A stretch of 64,000 nucleotides of DNA from Lama glama (lineage: Eukaryota), in contig CM052818.1 in assembly GCA_028534125.1 (NCBI GenBank), positions 48,424,001 through 48,488,000 on the forward strand, in the 5' to 3' direction. Position 1 is the stretch's first letter. Every line of letters starts with the position of its first letter. Positions 11,387-23,961 of the stretch are shown piece by piece. The notes under the pieces are model-generated. The model saw only the letters and a list, made by a program, of their open reading frames with translations, did not search any database and was not told where the DNA came from. The position numbers were made by a program, and so were the translations under genes.

Positions 11387-13813
11387 CTAGGTGCTAAAAC
11401 TAACCTACGACCCCAGGAAAAGCTGACCTTGAGGAGTGTACTCTCCAATTCAAATTAAAGCTCAACCCAGGAGGCTATGCGGCGGCCCCCTCAGCATGTC
11501 CTCAGGCCTTAGACGGCCATGGACACTCACGTCGCCGTCCTTGGACTTGGATAAGGTGCCATAAGATCAGCAGCTTGGGAGACAAAGTGGCTCGGCTGCC
11601 CTGGGGTCTGCACGGCAGGCTTCGTGGGTTCTGGTCACACCCGTACCTCTCAGTGCAGACCGCCTGGGAGGTGACATGCATACTACTCTCTGTTAAGGAC
11701 CCAGAGGGCAGGCGTGCCAGACAGGGGGTTGCCAAAGGGGCCGAAGGGGGCAGTGTCATCAAAACTTGGTGGAAAAACCCATCTGGGCCGAGTGAGTGGA
11801 GGTCGTGTGGGCGGCGGGACCTGGGCACTGGGTCCACCTCCACCAGCACCTGGGGGGCTGGTATCCACACTTCCCTTCTTTACAGCATCTTCCCTCCCAA
11901 AGCCCCGCAGGGAGAGCACCCTCAGGACACTCCCCGCGTCCCCCTCTTTCTGATTCGGCTCCGTCCAGGAAAGAAGGGACTCTGAGGACATCGACAGCCA
12001 ACACAGAGACACTGGCCAAACGACCGAAGTGAAAACAGTGCTGCCGAAGGATAACGGATCCAGCACGGGCCTCTCATTAACGCCAACACACTCCTACAAA
12101 GTGTACGTCTGCGGAGCACGCAGGAACAAGAGACGTCAGCAGAGAGACAGTCGCCTCCTGGCGGTGTGGTCGTTAGTTAATTCTGTTTGGCTGGCCACAC
12201 TTTTTTTTCCCCTAAACAAAGGCAAGGAATTGTTACTGCTTCCACGATCATCAGAGTATTACCTTCAAGAAAGCAGACGATTTGAACGAAAGCAGATACA
12301 TCGCTTCAAGTTCCACTCAAGCGACATGGCTCTCAGGGGGTTCCTTACCTTCATATCTTATTTATTCTAATTTTTAACCTGATCGCTCTTTTGGGCTGGA
12401 GAGGACCCTGTGGTCTGGACTGCTAGACGACTCCCAGTATTCGTGCCCCTCTCCTCTCTCGTCATAGCAGGACCCCCAATACTTAGCTGGGCGTGTGGCC
12501 AATCGGAACAAGACTGCATCCCCCAGCCCTCCCCCTCCCCCCTGTGGCTGGGGGTTCTGGGCAACAGGGTGTGAGCAGAAGCGATGGGTGCCACGTGTGT
12601 CAGAAGAGGCAGGTCAGTAAGACCGTTCGGTTTTCTCTGAAATTCAAGGGGAACACTGTATCATTTAAACAAGTCTGCACTGCCGCAGTGTCGGCTCCCA
12701 GCCTGCACCAAACCAGCCCTGACTCAGAGCCACACCGTCATCAGATCCGGCTTCCAGCCGTGGCAGGGCAGGGGGCAGAGGGCATTTGGGCCTCTTGGTC
12801 AATCCTTCCTGCATCTTGGGGCCTGATGGGCAAACCTAATCTCTTACACACCCCAAAGGGCTCTAGTCTCTGAGACTCCTGCAGTTGGCCGCCATTGTCC
12901 AGGAATTCCTTTGCTTCCAGGTTACTACTCAGAATCTTCGTTGCTGGGTCAGCCTCCCACAGAATACCCATCTCTGCTTCCCCAGCGCCACCCCCCAAAG
13001 CCCCTACAAACCATGCGAGACTGAAGGGTGTGCTCTCCAAAGCTCTGGGAGCTCGTCTCTGAGTGGATTTCCCCACTCGGGCTCCAGGCAAGGGAATCTG
13101 TTTCTGTACTTGCCTCCACCTCAAGCCTCCTCTTCCAAAGCCTTTGCACACGTGTGCAAGGAAACCGCGAGTAACAGTGGCCTCTCTGCTGTCAGCGGCG
13201 CTGAGAGGCCGGCTCCTGGGCGCCCACACTGGCTTCTCTGGAACACCTCTTTGCTGCAGAGATTGGTCCTGCCTGCCGCAGCTAGTGAGTGGTGTCAAGG
13301 CCTCCTGCCTCGCTTTGTTTCCTCCCCTCTCCCTCCCTTTGACACCCCCACTGGTTGAGGATACTTACAGGATTTAAATCCAGTTGTGCTGGACACCCCC
13401 AGCTTTGCTCCCACCACACCCACCCTACTGAGGCCCAAGCCATCCCTCCGTTGTCACAGCTCCCTGCCCAGAGCCTTGATGTCATGTTTCTGCTCTCAGA
13501 AAAACACAGAACCATCGCCCCCTGGGTATTTAGGTGGGTGACCTGTGCTGTTTCTCTGACTGGCAGCATGCTCAAAGCCTGCTTTAAATTAGCCAGGTAT
13601 CTTCTCTGCACAGTCATTGAAGAGGAAGTCTCCCCAGGTCCACAAACACCTGGTACCCCAAACAAACAGCAGCATCTGCGAGACTCCATCAGCTGACTCT
13701 TCTCTTGGCCTCAGAGGCTGACCATTGATTCAGCTTCGTGGTGGGATGCCAGGTAAAGCTCAGATGTCTCTGTTTTTAGCCCAGGAGTGTCAGCCTTAGA
13801 AAACACGATGGGG

Positions 13814-14957
13814 CTTCTGCTCAGCAAAAGAAACAATCAACAGAGAGAAAGGCAGGCTATGGAATGGGGAAACATGTGTAAGTCACCGGTCTTATAAAGG
13901 GTTCACATCCAAAATATATTAGGGATTACTACACATCAATATACAAAAAAAAGAAAAAAAATCACACAAGTAATCCAATTAAAAATGGGCAAAGGACCCG
14001 AATGGACATTTATCAGAGGAAGATACATAAATGGCCAGCAAGTACGTGAAGAGATTCTCCCCGTCACTAATCGTCAGAGAAATGCACATCGAAGCCCCAG
14101 TGAGAGACGACCTCACACCTGTCAGGACGGCAGTCATCAAAGAGGCACGAGATGCACGTCGGTGAGGGTGTGGAGGAGGAGAAGCCCGGCGCGCCGCGGG
14201 CGGGAAGAAAACTGGTGCAGCCACTGTGGGACACAGCACGGCAGCTCCTCAGAAAACTGAAACTTCCGCTGCCTTGTGGTCCAGCGCCCCCTCTTCTGTG
14301 TGCAGAGCCAAACAAAATGAAGTCGGATCTCAAGAGAGACCCGCGCCCCCATGTTCACTGCAGCATCATTCACAACAGCCAAGACATGGAGACACCCTGA
14401 GTGTTCATCAAGGAATGGGAGGTTAAAGATGAGGTCATATAAATACTCAGCCTTTAAAAAGAAGGAAACTCTGTCACGAGACAACCTGGATGAAACTGGA
14501 GAAAATTATGCTAAATGAAATAAACCAGATTCAGAAAGACAGCCACTGCCTGGTCTCACCTACGTGCGGACCCTGAGAGTCAGACTCACAGAAGCAGAGG
14601 GCAGAACGGCGGTTGCCAACAGCTGGGCAGGGGAGTGGAAATGCGACGCTGGTCACAGGGTATGAACTTTCAGGTATGAGGTGAGTGGGTTCTGGGGTCT
14701 CATGTGCCGCCTGGTGACTCTAGTTAACAATACCGTGTTGTGTCCTTGACACTTGGTAAGAGGTTAGGGGTGAAGTGCCCTTCCTCCACACGCACAAAAA
14801 ACGCGACTGTGTGGAGCAAGATATATAATGAGCTTGACTGTGGTGCTTAGTTCATATTGTATGTGTAAATCACAGCATCAGGCTGTACACCTTCTGTGTA
14901 AAAATAGAGAGTTTTTATTTGTCAATTATACCTCCATAAAGCTGCAAAAATAAAAAG
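13814..14957 (+). mobile_element. 5'-truncated old L1 (L1MA/L1MB-like): end of ORF2 plus 3'UTR
   Basis: Typical L1 text: cttctgctcagcaaaagaaacaatcaacag, aatccaattaaaaatgggcaaagg, ctggtgcagccactgtgg, ccatgttcactgcagcatcattcacaacagccaagacatgg, attatgctaaatgaaataaaccag. Ends ttgtcaattatacctccataaagctg plus an A-rich tail. ORF2 is disrupted. Confidence 0.92.
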
Positions 14958-17099
14958 CCCGAAACTGATTTTGGTCAAGCAATCACTTCCATTCTGGCAA
15001 GGGGGTCACAGCCTGGAGCACCCTTGGCACCTGTCCTTTGTCCCTGCCCCCAGCATTCTGCAGCCCCTGTGCCGGTCCCACTCTGAAGGCAGCTGCAGGT
15101 TCCCTGCTGAGACAGATCATAACATTGCCCCCTGCGTCCCTGCTTCTTGGAGGAAATTCATTTCACCAGCAAACTCTATAGAACTTTAGATCCCAACAGA
15201 ACTAGCATATGCTGTTATTTCTCCAAATGAAATAAAACCTGATCCAAATTTCTCTTCAACCTGCTGGCTGCAAATTAATCATGTTTTGAGCCATTCCTCC
15301 TGGACTTGAACAAAATCCCAGAAGGTTCTATACAGTTCAAACATTCAAGGACGTGCTCCCTGTTCATCAGCCCCACGTGTGCCCCAGATAAGCTCCCTGG
15401 TCACCCCCGGTGCTCCCTTTGTGGTGGGCCGTGTCTGAGCTGAGTCTGGGGGGTGCTCTGCCAGTTTCCCCACGGCAGTGGCTCTGTGTTGAGTATCCTC
15501 CCAGTCCTTAACGTCTCTGATGGAACTGGGGTCCCAGGGACTCACGGGACGGCAGTCACAATGACGTCAACAACAGGGAGTCATCCCACCCTTCGCCCCA
15601 AGACACCCTCTGCCCTGGCCTGGCCTGAAAACCCCACATCTCTGCAGCTTCCTCTGCAGGCCCAGCCAGCACGGCTCCTCTCAGGAGGCCAAGGCTCTCA
15701 AAGTCAGCTGCCTGGCCTCTTCTGCCTTTGCCCCTATGGCACGATACTGTTAGCATCTTGTGGGCAACAGCCCAGAGGCAAGCGAGCACACGGTCTTGGC
15801 TGTTTCCTCAGGAAGGAAAAGTGCACGCCTCGGCCAGGGTGACGTCAGGGGGAGGAGTCGGTCAGCACGGGGCTTTGAGGGAGCCAGGTTGGCCATCTCT
15901 TGTCTGGTTGTTCCCCTGTGAGTAGGTGGCACACTCTTAGTTCTTGTTTTGGCTTCTCACAAACTTTCTCTTCCTTCTGGAGTCTCCCGGTCAGTAAGGT
16001 TGCAGGATGAATGAGGTCTGACTCTCCGGAGCTTGCTGGTCACAGGGGAGAGAGCCCACTCTGCACCCTCGCACTGGGGCCGAATGCCTGATACATCTAG
16101 ACATCAGCCAAGTTCAGGACAGCGAGGTCCTAGAGCTTAGCCTCAGTTCTTGTCACCAAGTCACTTTACACCACGGGTGAGAATCGTGCCCAGCGGTGTG
16201 TCTAAGCTTTCTCTTTGACAGCTCATGTCTCTTCACACTGGTAAAGGCCAGCAGACACCCTGAGGACACTATGGGGTGCAATAAGGATGATCAAGCCATG
16301 CCAACACGGTTTTGGGTAGCCAGGCAGCCACCGCGCTGCTGAGGGAGGCCTGGCAGTCATCCCCTCCCAAGACTAGACCTCTTGAGCGGAAACCGGAGAC
16401 AAGCGTCAGATCCAAAGGAGGCAGCGGAAGTGTCTTTGTACGTGGCAGCCCGTAGGCTTCCTGATGTGCCAGGGCAGCCCAGCCGTTAACCGTGTTTACT
16501 TGCCATCCTCAGTAAGCTCCGTACAGATCATGCCGCACACGTCATTTTTCCAAGGTCCTCGTTAGCACAGGAGGACGGCATCACAATCAGTGGAGTGACG
16601 GAGACAGGGCAGAGAGGGGAGCTGCTGAGGGGACCCACATGTGTCCACCGGCCCAGCGGGGAGACCCTCTGTGTGTCCACCGCACCGGCTGTAATGAAAT
16701 CCACGCGCCAGGCTGTGCTCAGCCCCTGCAGGGTGTAGACAGGAACCTGGGCACCGTCCCCCTCCGGCCGCCCTCCTCTCTGGCCGTGCACATCACCCCC
16801 TCACACACTAAGCTGAGGCCCACGATGCCTGGCTGGAATGGAATCCACCCGGCAGGACCCCCGAGCACATGTGAAGGTTCTGGAAGGAGCGGCCCCCCCG
16901 GGACACGTGCACGGATGGCTCACCGGTTCAGCAGGCACACGTGTCCTGTGCGCCTACCCAGCCCCGAGCACTGCGTGGGGCGTTGACACCCAAGGTCAGC
17001 TGAGACCCGTCCCCAGTCCGAGGACGTTACCATCAGGGACAAAGACATCAGAGACCAGGGGACATTCTAGTCCAACTCGTTCACTTTTTCAGTGACTCT

Positions 17100-17183
17100 A
17101 TTTTTTTATTTTGTGGTGCTGGGGATTGAACCCAGGACCTCATGCATGCTAAGCACATGCTCTACCACTGAGCTATGCCCACC
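17100..17183 (-). mobile_element. tRNA-Ala-derived SINE (camelid vic-1-like), short form
   Basis: Reverse complement reads gggcatagctcagtggtagagcatgtgcttagcatgcatgaggtcctgggttcaatccccagcaccac followed by an A-rich tail. It has Pol III A and B boxes and a tRNA-Ala(AGC)-like body. Confidence 0.85.
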
Positions 17184-19599
17184 AGTCAAGTGATTATCTT
17201 TTTTTAAGTTCTGCTGTTGGAATGTGGGCCATGTTCCTTTATTTTCCCCTTTAAAACGTGTTCCGAATGATCAGAGGTGCATTTGGATGCTTCCTTCATC
17301 TGTAGGTCCTCGGGCGTGAGTTCTCCTTTTACTGACTCTGTTCAGCCTCACAGTTTCCGCACGTGCTGTGAGCACGTCTTCCCCCGGAGTCCCGGAAGCG
17401 CCCGGTGTTGTGCCGGCACCTCTCCGGGAGCGGTGATCCTTTCTGCCGGGCGGAGGCCGTGGGGGTGGCGATTAGCTCCAGATCAGCTTTTACATTCAAT
17501 TCCTTCTCAAATTGTTCAAATAGTGCAGACTATGAATCGAAGCCCCACACACCAGGCGTGCCTGGGGTCCAGAGCCCACGCGAGGCACTGCTCTGCCTTC
17601 CCAGATGCAGAAAGTCAAGCGCCACTCACTCTAGGCAGACACGGTCGCTCCGTCCCAGCTCCGGGCTTTGCAAAGCTGCTCCCCGATTCTCATCACCCAC
17701 AGCATCCGCACGCTCCCCGAGCATGCACAGGCAGCTGTCAGGCCTCAGACCCTAAGATGTCCTTCTGGTCCCAGCAGCTTCATGAGGTGCTTGGCTCTAA
17801 TCCCTGCTTGTACCATCTTTAACTCCCCTTCTTCTGCAGCATCTGCAAATATGCCTTGCCACACTTCTTACGTACACCTATGGCATTTTCAAAATTGTTC
17901 AGCTTTCCTTTGCATCTGGAGTGCAGACTGGTGGATGAGAGAGAGTGGGTTTCACACCACCCCGTCCATCTTCACACAGATCCACCCCCACTTGACAACA
18001 GGGGACCTGCATCCCAGAGAGAAAGGACACTGATGGCTGCAGGGCCAGCGAGAATCCAATTTAACCCTGTTACTCCCTGATGCAAAGCAGAGCAGACCCG
18101 TGGTAGCCTCGAAGTAGTGACCGAATGATGTGACTGGAGCACGGGAGTTGGCATCTGAAACTCGGGTTTGAGGCCCCGTTTGCCACTCACTGTACGACCT
18201 CGGGCCCTCATCTCCTGGGCTTCAGCCTTCTAAGCCACCCCAGGGACCTCAGAACTTGTGCCACTGGGAGGGGGGTTTGGCAGCGGCAGGAACGGGGCAG
18301 AGCGCTGGGTGCTAGAATAAGACACAATAAAGGTTGGTCCGGCCCTGCCTTCGGGCACAAGGGCTGCAGTGGTTTGTTTTCGGGCCTGAAACAGCTGACG
18401 GGGCCTTCAGGGCGGCTGGCCCTTCAGGAAGCAGATGAGGGGGAGCGGGACTGGAGCCTGTGTCAGACCACGCGGCCCCTCCACTCCTGACCGCACTGTG
18501 CTGGGGGCTTCAGTGCCCCCGCCTGAAGGAGCAGGAGCCGCTCAAGCTTTGGAAAGTCCACTTCACAAAGTCACCTGGCTCAGAGCAAACGCACATGTCT
18601 GGGAACAGGACGGACCGGCTCCCTCCAGCAGTCGCGGCAAAGATCAGGGGCTTCGGCAAAAGCACTGACCTCCCCGCGCCTGACGCAGTGTCACACCGGG
18701 TGCCTCAGCCCGGAGGACGCCGTGCGACCCGTGCACAGTTCCAGCCCCTAGACAGAGCAGCGTGGCAGCGTAAGCCCTCTTCCAGCACCGTGTCAAAGAG
18801 CAGGGGTTCCTTCTGAGCCAAACAGGGAGGCTGGGTGGCTCAGATCACCATCATTTTTCTGACTTTTTTTGGGTTGTTCTCATTTTGAATCTAAACCTCC
18901 CCAGAGGCCAAAATAATACCTTCCCCCAAATGCACTCGGCAGGCATAACGTCAAAGCCTGTAACACAGAAAACCTGCTCGCAGAGGGGAGGTGGTCGGGC
19001 CCCGCGACGGTTTCTTCCCTTCCGAGGCCACGTGGAGTCCTGGAGGGGCACGTGAGGCAGTGATTAGAGCCAGGCCACCTCTTGGTCACAGTGTCTCAGT
19101 TCCACCCCCGGGTGGAGCCGCTCAGACGGTCAGGTCTTTGCTTCCCTTGTACGTGACGGACGTGAAGGTAACGAGAGTTACCCGTGTGTGCACACGAGAT
19201 CACGCATGGGAAGGGCTTAAAAGAGCATTTGGCATCAGCAGATGCTCCAAAGATTGCACCTGGTAATACTGCTGCGGTTATAAAATAGTTCAGTAGGAAG
19301 CCGTACCATGGTGAGGACATCACAATGATGCAGATCGAAGGGTCGTCACAATTCACAGCACTTCCCAGATGCCATGTGTAAAAGGAGAGAGGGTGGAGCC
19401 TAATGTGACCCTGGGCTTTTCCTGAGACTCGGGGACACCACTTTGATGCACTTACCTCGGGGACTCTTCAGCAGGACTGCCCCTCTACGCTCAAGGAGAG
19501 GCCTCAGGTGATTTAGGTCCCAGCCCTGGATACCTGGTTACAGGGTCCGCAGATGTTTGCCAGGTGAGGGCTGCCTCTGTGCTGGCCCCAGGTGGCATT

Positions 19600-20068
19600 T
19601 TTATTGAAGTAGAGTTGATTTACAAGGTTGTGTTAGTTCCTGGTGTACAGCACAGTGATTCAGTTAGATATATATATTCCTTTTCATATTCTTTTTCATT
19701 ATAGGTTGTTACAAGCTATTGAACCCTGTGCTCTACAGTAGAACCTTGTTGTTTATCTATTCTGTATATAGTAGTTTGTATCTGCTAAGCCCAAACTCCT
19801 AATTTATCCATCCCCATCCCTTTCGCCTTTGATAACTATAAATTTGTTTCCTATTCTTATGAGTCCATTGCTTTTCTGTAAATAAATCCATTTGTGGTGT
19901 ATATACATGATGGAGTACGACTCAGCCATAAAAAAGAATGAAATGATGCCATTTGCAGCAACATGGATGGACCTAGAGACGATCATACTAAGTGAAGTAA
20001 GTCAGACAGAGAAAGACAATTATCATATGACATCACTTATACATGGAATCTAAAGAAATGACACAAAT
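19600..20068 (-). mobile_element. Cetartiodactyl-type L1 3' end with a 5' inversion (twin priming)
   Basis: 19600-19895 is the L1 3' terminus in antisense (ttttattgaagtagagttgatttacaa...). 19893-20068 is the adjoining upstream L1 segment in sense (gccatttgcagcaacatggatggacctagag). Degenerate TSD: aggtggcatttttat 19590-19604 and agatggtatttttat 20069-20083. Confidence 0.88.
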
Positions 20069-21715
20069 AGATGGTATTTTTATGACCGAATCAGTCTCAC
20101 TTATGAATTGGTCCACGTGCACTTGCAGCCTAGGTAGGAGGCAGAGGCCTCTGACAGCAGGCTGAGTCTCACAATGAAGCATCCGAGTGTAGGAGCGTGG
20201 CCCTAACGGGCCCGCCTGCCAGTTGGGTGTCGGGTGAGTTACAGACGGAGCGAGGGTGGCTTAGGGAACCCCCGTGGCCCAGAGCCAGCGAGCCCTTCAG
20301 CTTCCCCGATATGGCTGCTTTTGCCCAGGTATCTTTTGTCTGGACCTTGCTTCAAACTTCCTGAGCCAGAATCTCGGAGGCTAGAACTGACTTAGGAGTA
20401 TCTGGCACAAAGAAACCCGGCGGGGGCTCCAGGTGGAGAAGCAGGAACGCACACAAACCCCACCATTGTGTCCGTGGGAAACCAAAGTCGGGTCCAGTAA
20501 CCGGCCGGGCGCAGACTCACGGGGGCAGAGGCAGACTGGAATCTGAGTGTTTCGACTCCTGGTCTTGAGTGGTTTCCATAACACAGGCTGACCCCAAACC
20601 CGGGAGCACAGGGCAAGTCTTCAGGTGGGAACGGAGGGTGGAGAGACTGAGAGGCCCGGGGCGGGCTCTGCTTCTCAGTGATGGGAGGGGAGGGGAGCGG
20701 CCGCGTGGAGGTGGCTGGGGGCAGGCAGGTTCCCTGGGGGTAGCCGCCCCCAGAGCTGAGGGCACGACCTGCCACCTGGTTCACTGCTGCCTGGCTGCCT
20801 GGGGATATGGGCACAGAACTGGCCAACAGCCAGGCCATTTCCTGGCTCCCTATTCTCCTGGGCTCTTAAGGACAGAAAGGGACCGTCACATATTCGAATT
20901 CCCTCCTCCCAGGCTGTGGAGGAGGCTCAGAACAAGGAGGAAACCTGCCCAAGTTCACTCAGCCCGTGAGGCCCCACAAAACAGCCAGCACGTCCCCACC
21001 CGGCCCTGGCACATCTGCAGTCACCACGCACTGGTAAGGGACAATGACCCCGCCAGCCCCACGGGGTCTTCCCCAGGGCAGTGCCTCCTGCAGCAGCCCA
21101 GGGCCCCCTCTGTGTGGGTAGCAGGCTCCTGGGCTGCCCAGACATGCTGACTCAGGTGAAGCCAGGGGGCCCAACTCAGAAGGTGATAACCCTGCACCCC
21201 AAAGTCCTATAAACCCTGAGATAAGACCTCAAAACTCTGGGATAGAAAGTGTATCACATCAGAAAGGCCAAACTGAATGCAGCATCTGTTCTGTCCTGGA
21301 AGATTTATCCACGGGACACTCACGTCACCAGCCAGCGTCCCCTGTGCTGGGAACAGCTCAGCAAGGCAAAGAGGTCCCGCTTGGAGGAAGTGGGCTGGGG
21401 CAGGGATGGAAGAGCCCAGACAGCTGGGCACGGATCTGGGATACTTGTGCCCCAGATGGGGCACGTGCCAAGGTGCGAAGGGAGCAGGTGCTGGAGGACA
21501 CTCCACAGCGCCCAGAGCAGGGGCCGAGTCTCATCGCCATGGAGACAGCGTCCCGATACTTACAGGGAAACTGGTGTCAGGACATTTCTGAAATGCTTCT
21601 GTCCTGAAGGTGGATGCCTCACCAGACCCGATCCCGAGGCTGCGATGGTTAAACTCCTTCCTCACATAACCTCTAACAATGAAGCCTCAACAGACATCAA
21701 GTAAGGAAAAACTGG

Positions 21716-22050
21716 ACATAGAGACCAGTGGTTGCCAGGGGCTGGGGGCTCAGAATAAACTGCCAGAGCCCAGGGGACTTTTAGGGCAGGGAAGCACTCT
21801 ATGATACTACAATGGTGGATTCATGTCACCGTGTTTGTCCAAACCCGTAGAATGAGCACCACGAAGAGTGAACCCTCAGGTTCACGTGGACTTTGGGTGA
21901 TAATGACGTGTCAGTGTAGGTTCACCCACTGTCACAAAGGTCCCACTCTGGTGGGGAGTCTGATAGCGGGGGGAGGGGGGCCGTGCCCACGTGAGGAGGG
22001 GGATCTCTGATCTCCCCCTGCTCTCAAATAATAGAGTCTTTGGGAAAAAA
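21716..22050 (+). mobile_element. Old L1 3'UTR fragment (L1MC-like)
   Basis: cagtggttgccaggggctggggg...atgatactacaatggtggattcatgtca...tttgtccaaacccgtagaatg...gtgaaccct...ggactttgggtgataatgacgtgtcagtgtaggttca. Confidence 0.8.
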
Positions 22051-22169
22051 TTAAAATTACTGGAGCATTTGTTTTTAAAAATGTTGTCTGTGAAACCTCT
22101 GATATTACGGAGATTTTGAGGCAGAAAGAGTCAGGATTGTTGAGAAGTTAGAGCAGAGGTTTGAGTCTT

Positions 22170-22890
22170 GAGCTGGTCCCTCAGCCCGACAAGCTCGGGG
22201 AAGTACCTCCTCTCTCCCGGCCTCCGGCCAAGCCTAGCGGGGGTGGCGGGCCGCCAGGATGCCTCTTCCCCCGGCGATGTTCCAGGCCGCGGCGAAGATG
22301 CCGAAGGATTTCACAGAGAGCCAGAGCAGAGCAGCAGAGTTGCTACGACACCACAGACACGTGCTTTTGGGACGCACAGCCCAGCACATGGCACCGCGCG
22401 GGGTCCGTGACTCAGCACGTGTAACGCTCATCAGTTACTGTCGGAGCAGCCGGGGTGACATCCGCTCCGGAGAGCCCGGCAGCGGGGACCCGGACACGGG
22501 AGCAGAGGCCCCGCGGGTCCGCAGGCGGCCCGGAGCGCAGGGGCGGCGTTCGCGGCGGAGCGGCTCCGGCTGCGCCGCGTTTCCCTGGCCGCACACACCT
22601 GTCCCCGGATCTCAGATGGGGGGCGCGGGGCGGGGGGCGGGGGCGGGCTCCGCTGAAAGGAAGCCCCAGCCCAGGAAGCTGCCGGCGAACAAATCGGAGT
22701 GGAGCCGCCCGCCCCCGCTGGGGGCGCAGCTGCCTGTCCGCACCGCTTCCCCTCCCGCGGGCACCAAGGGAGCCGGCCGAGAAGGAGGCGCCCTGGTCCT
22801 GGTGCCCGCCCGCCCCAGCGGCCGGCCTGCCAAGCCCCGCTGGGCGCTCCCTGGTCAACCCCAGGTGGGCCCATCCGAAGAACGTTTGTC
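22170..22890. promoter_or_regulatory. CpG island, probable promoter or enhancer
   Basis: Very high GC and CpG. Tandem GC boxes (ggggcgggg) at 22617-22647, ETS-like ggaag motifs at about 22659-22678, and an ARE/E-box at 22407-22421. Confidence 0.75.
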
Positions 22891-23961
22891 TAACTTAAGA
22901 CCAAAACAGTACTTTCTCCCTCTTATTTAAAAAAATTAATAAATAACATCTGGGAGAGATGAGGTGCAGTTAAGTTCACACCAGGGTCTTAAGTCACTGA
23001 TATTTACCTCCCAGGTAGGTAGGTGACTTCCTCAGCCAGCAGGCCATGGTCCTTCCATCCCTGGTCTGCGGTCACCAGACAGGAGCCGTGACAGCACACG
23101 ATGACTGCCCCCGGGGGGAGGGGAAGACGGTGAGAGAGGCCTTAGCTCTGACAGCCAGGGATGCCGCACAAGCTCGGGCCCCGACAGCTTCACAACCCAG
23201 GCGTCCCCTGGACCCCACAGCAGAGCTCAGGGTCTGTGAACCCCAGCGGCAGCCTGCAGGCGTCCTGTGCGGTGTCAGAGCCCTTCCCCACCGGGTCCTG
23301 GCTGGCGCCTCCGTTTCCCTGGTGGGCAAGCGGAAGCCAGGAGAGCAGATCACTTGGGCCTGTCGGTGGCGAGGTTGCACTGTCCACGGAACACGTGCCT
23401 TCCCTCCTGAGGGCCAGGGCAGCATCGGGGTAGGAGGCGTGGGGCAGACGGCGGGCACGTCCGTACCTTTTGCGGCTGTGGCTGTCAGAGGCCAGGACCC
23501 CACTCCCCGGCACCACGGGGCCTGCAGACAGGAAGTGCTCCAGGAGGAGTGTGTTTCTAGCTTCCTAGCAGCCATTCCACAACCATCCACAGAAACCCAG
23601 CAAGACAGGTTCCCTTGCTTTCATTTTTTCAGATGAGAAAAGGAAGACTTCAAAAAGCTGAGAGACCTACCAGGCGAAACCCACCCAGACGCGGGAGAGG
23701 AGGGAGGGAGGCCGTGCTGGTTTGTCTGCCTCAGACCACACCGCCCACCTGGCATCGTGCGTGCCCTCCGACAGGGCCCGGAGCACCAGGCTTTGCCCAC
23801 GTTGCTGCCGCCCCTGCCCACTTGCATCCTCCGGGAAGAGAGGATCTCCGAGGAGCCAGTCTCCCGTCCCTGGGCTGTCCCTGGGGCCGGGCAGCAGTTG
23901 CCCCCTGCGAAGGGCACTGTGCCATCAGCAAGATAAACTCCCAGCTGGGGCTTTGGATCCA

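Noticed and set aside
13979..14484. ORFs over the L1 as a functional ORF2
   Set aside because: Only the 3' end is present, with frameshifts and stops and no endonuclease or RT region.
17100..17183. Possible tRNA-Ala(AGC) gene
   Set aside because: The acceptor stem does not pair properly and an A-rich tail follows, so it is a SINE or retrocopy. The 52985 copy likewise has a broken anticodon stem and a TSD.
22259..22930. 223-aa ORF and overlapping ORFs in the CpG island
   Set aside because: Same GC artefact, with no homology that I recognise.
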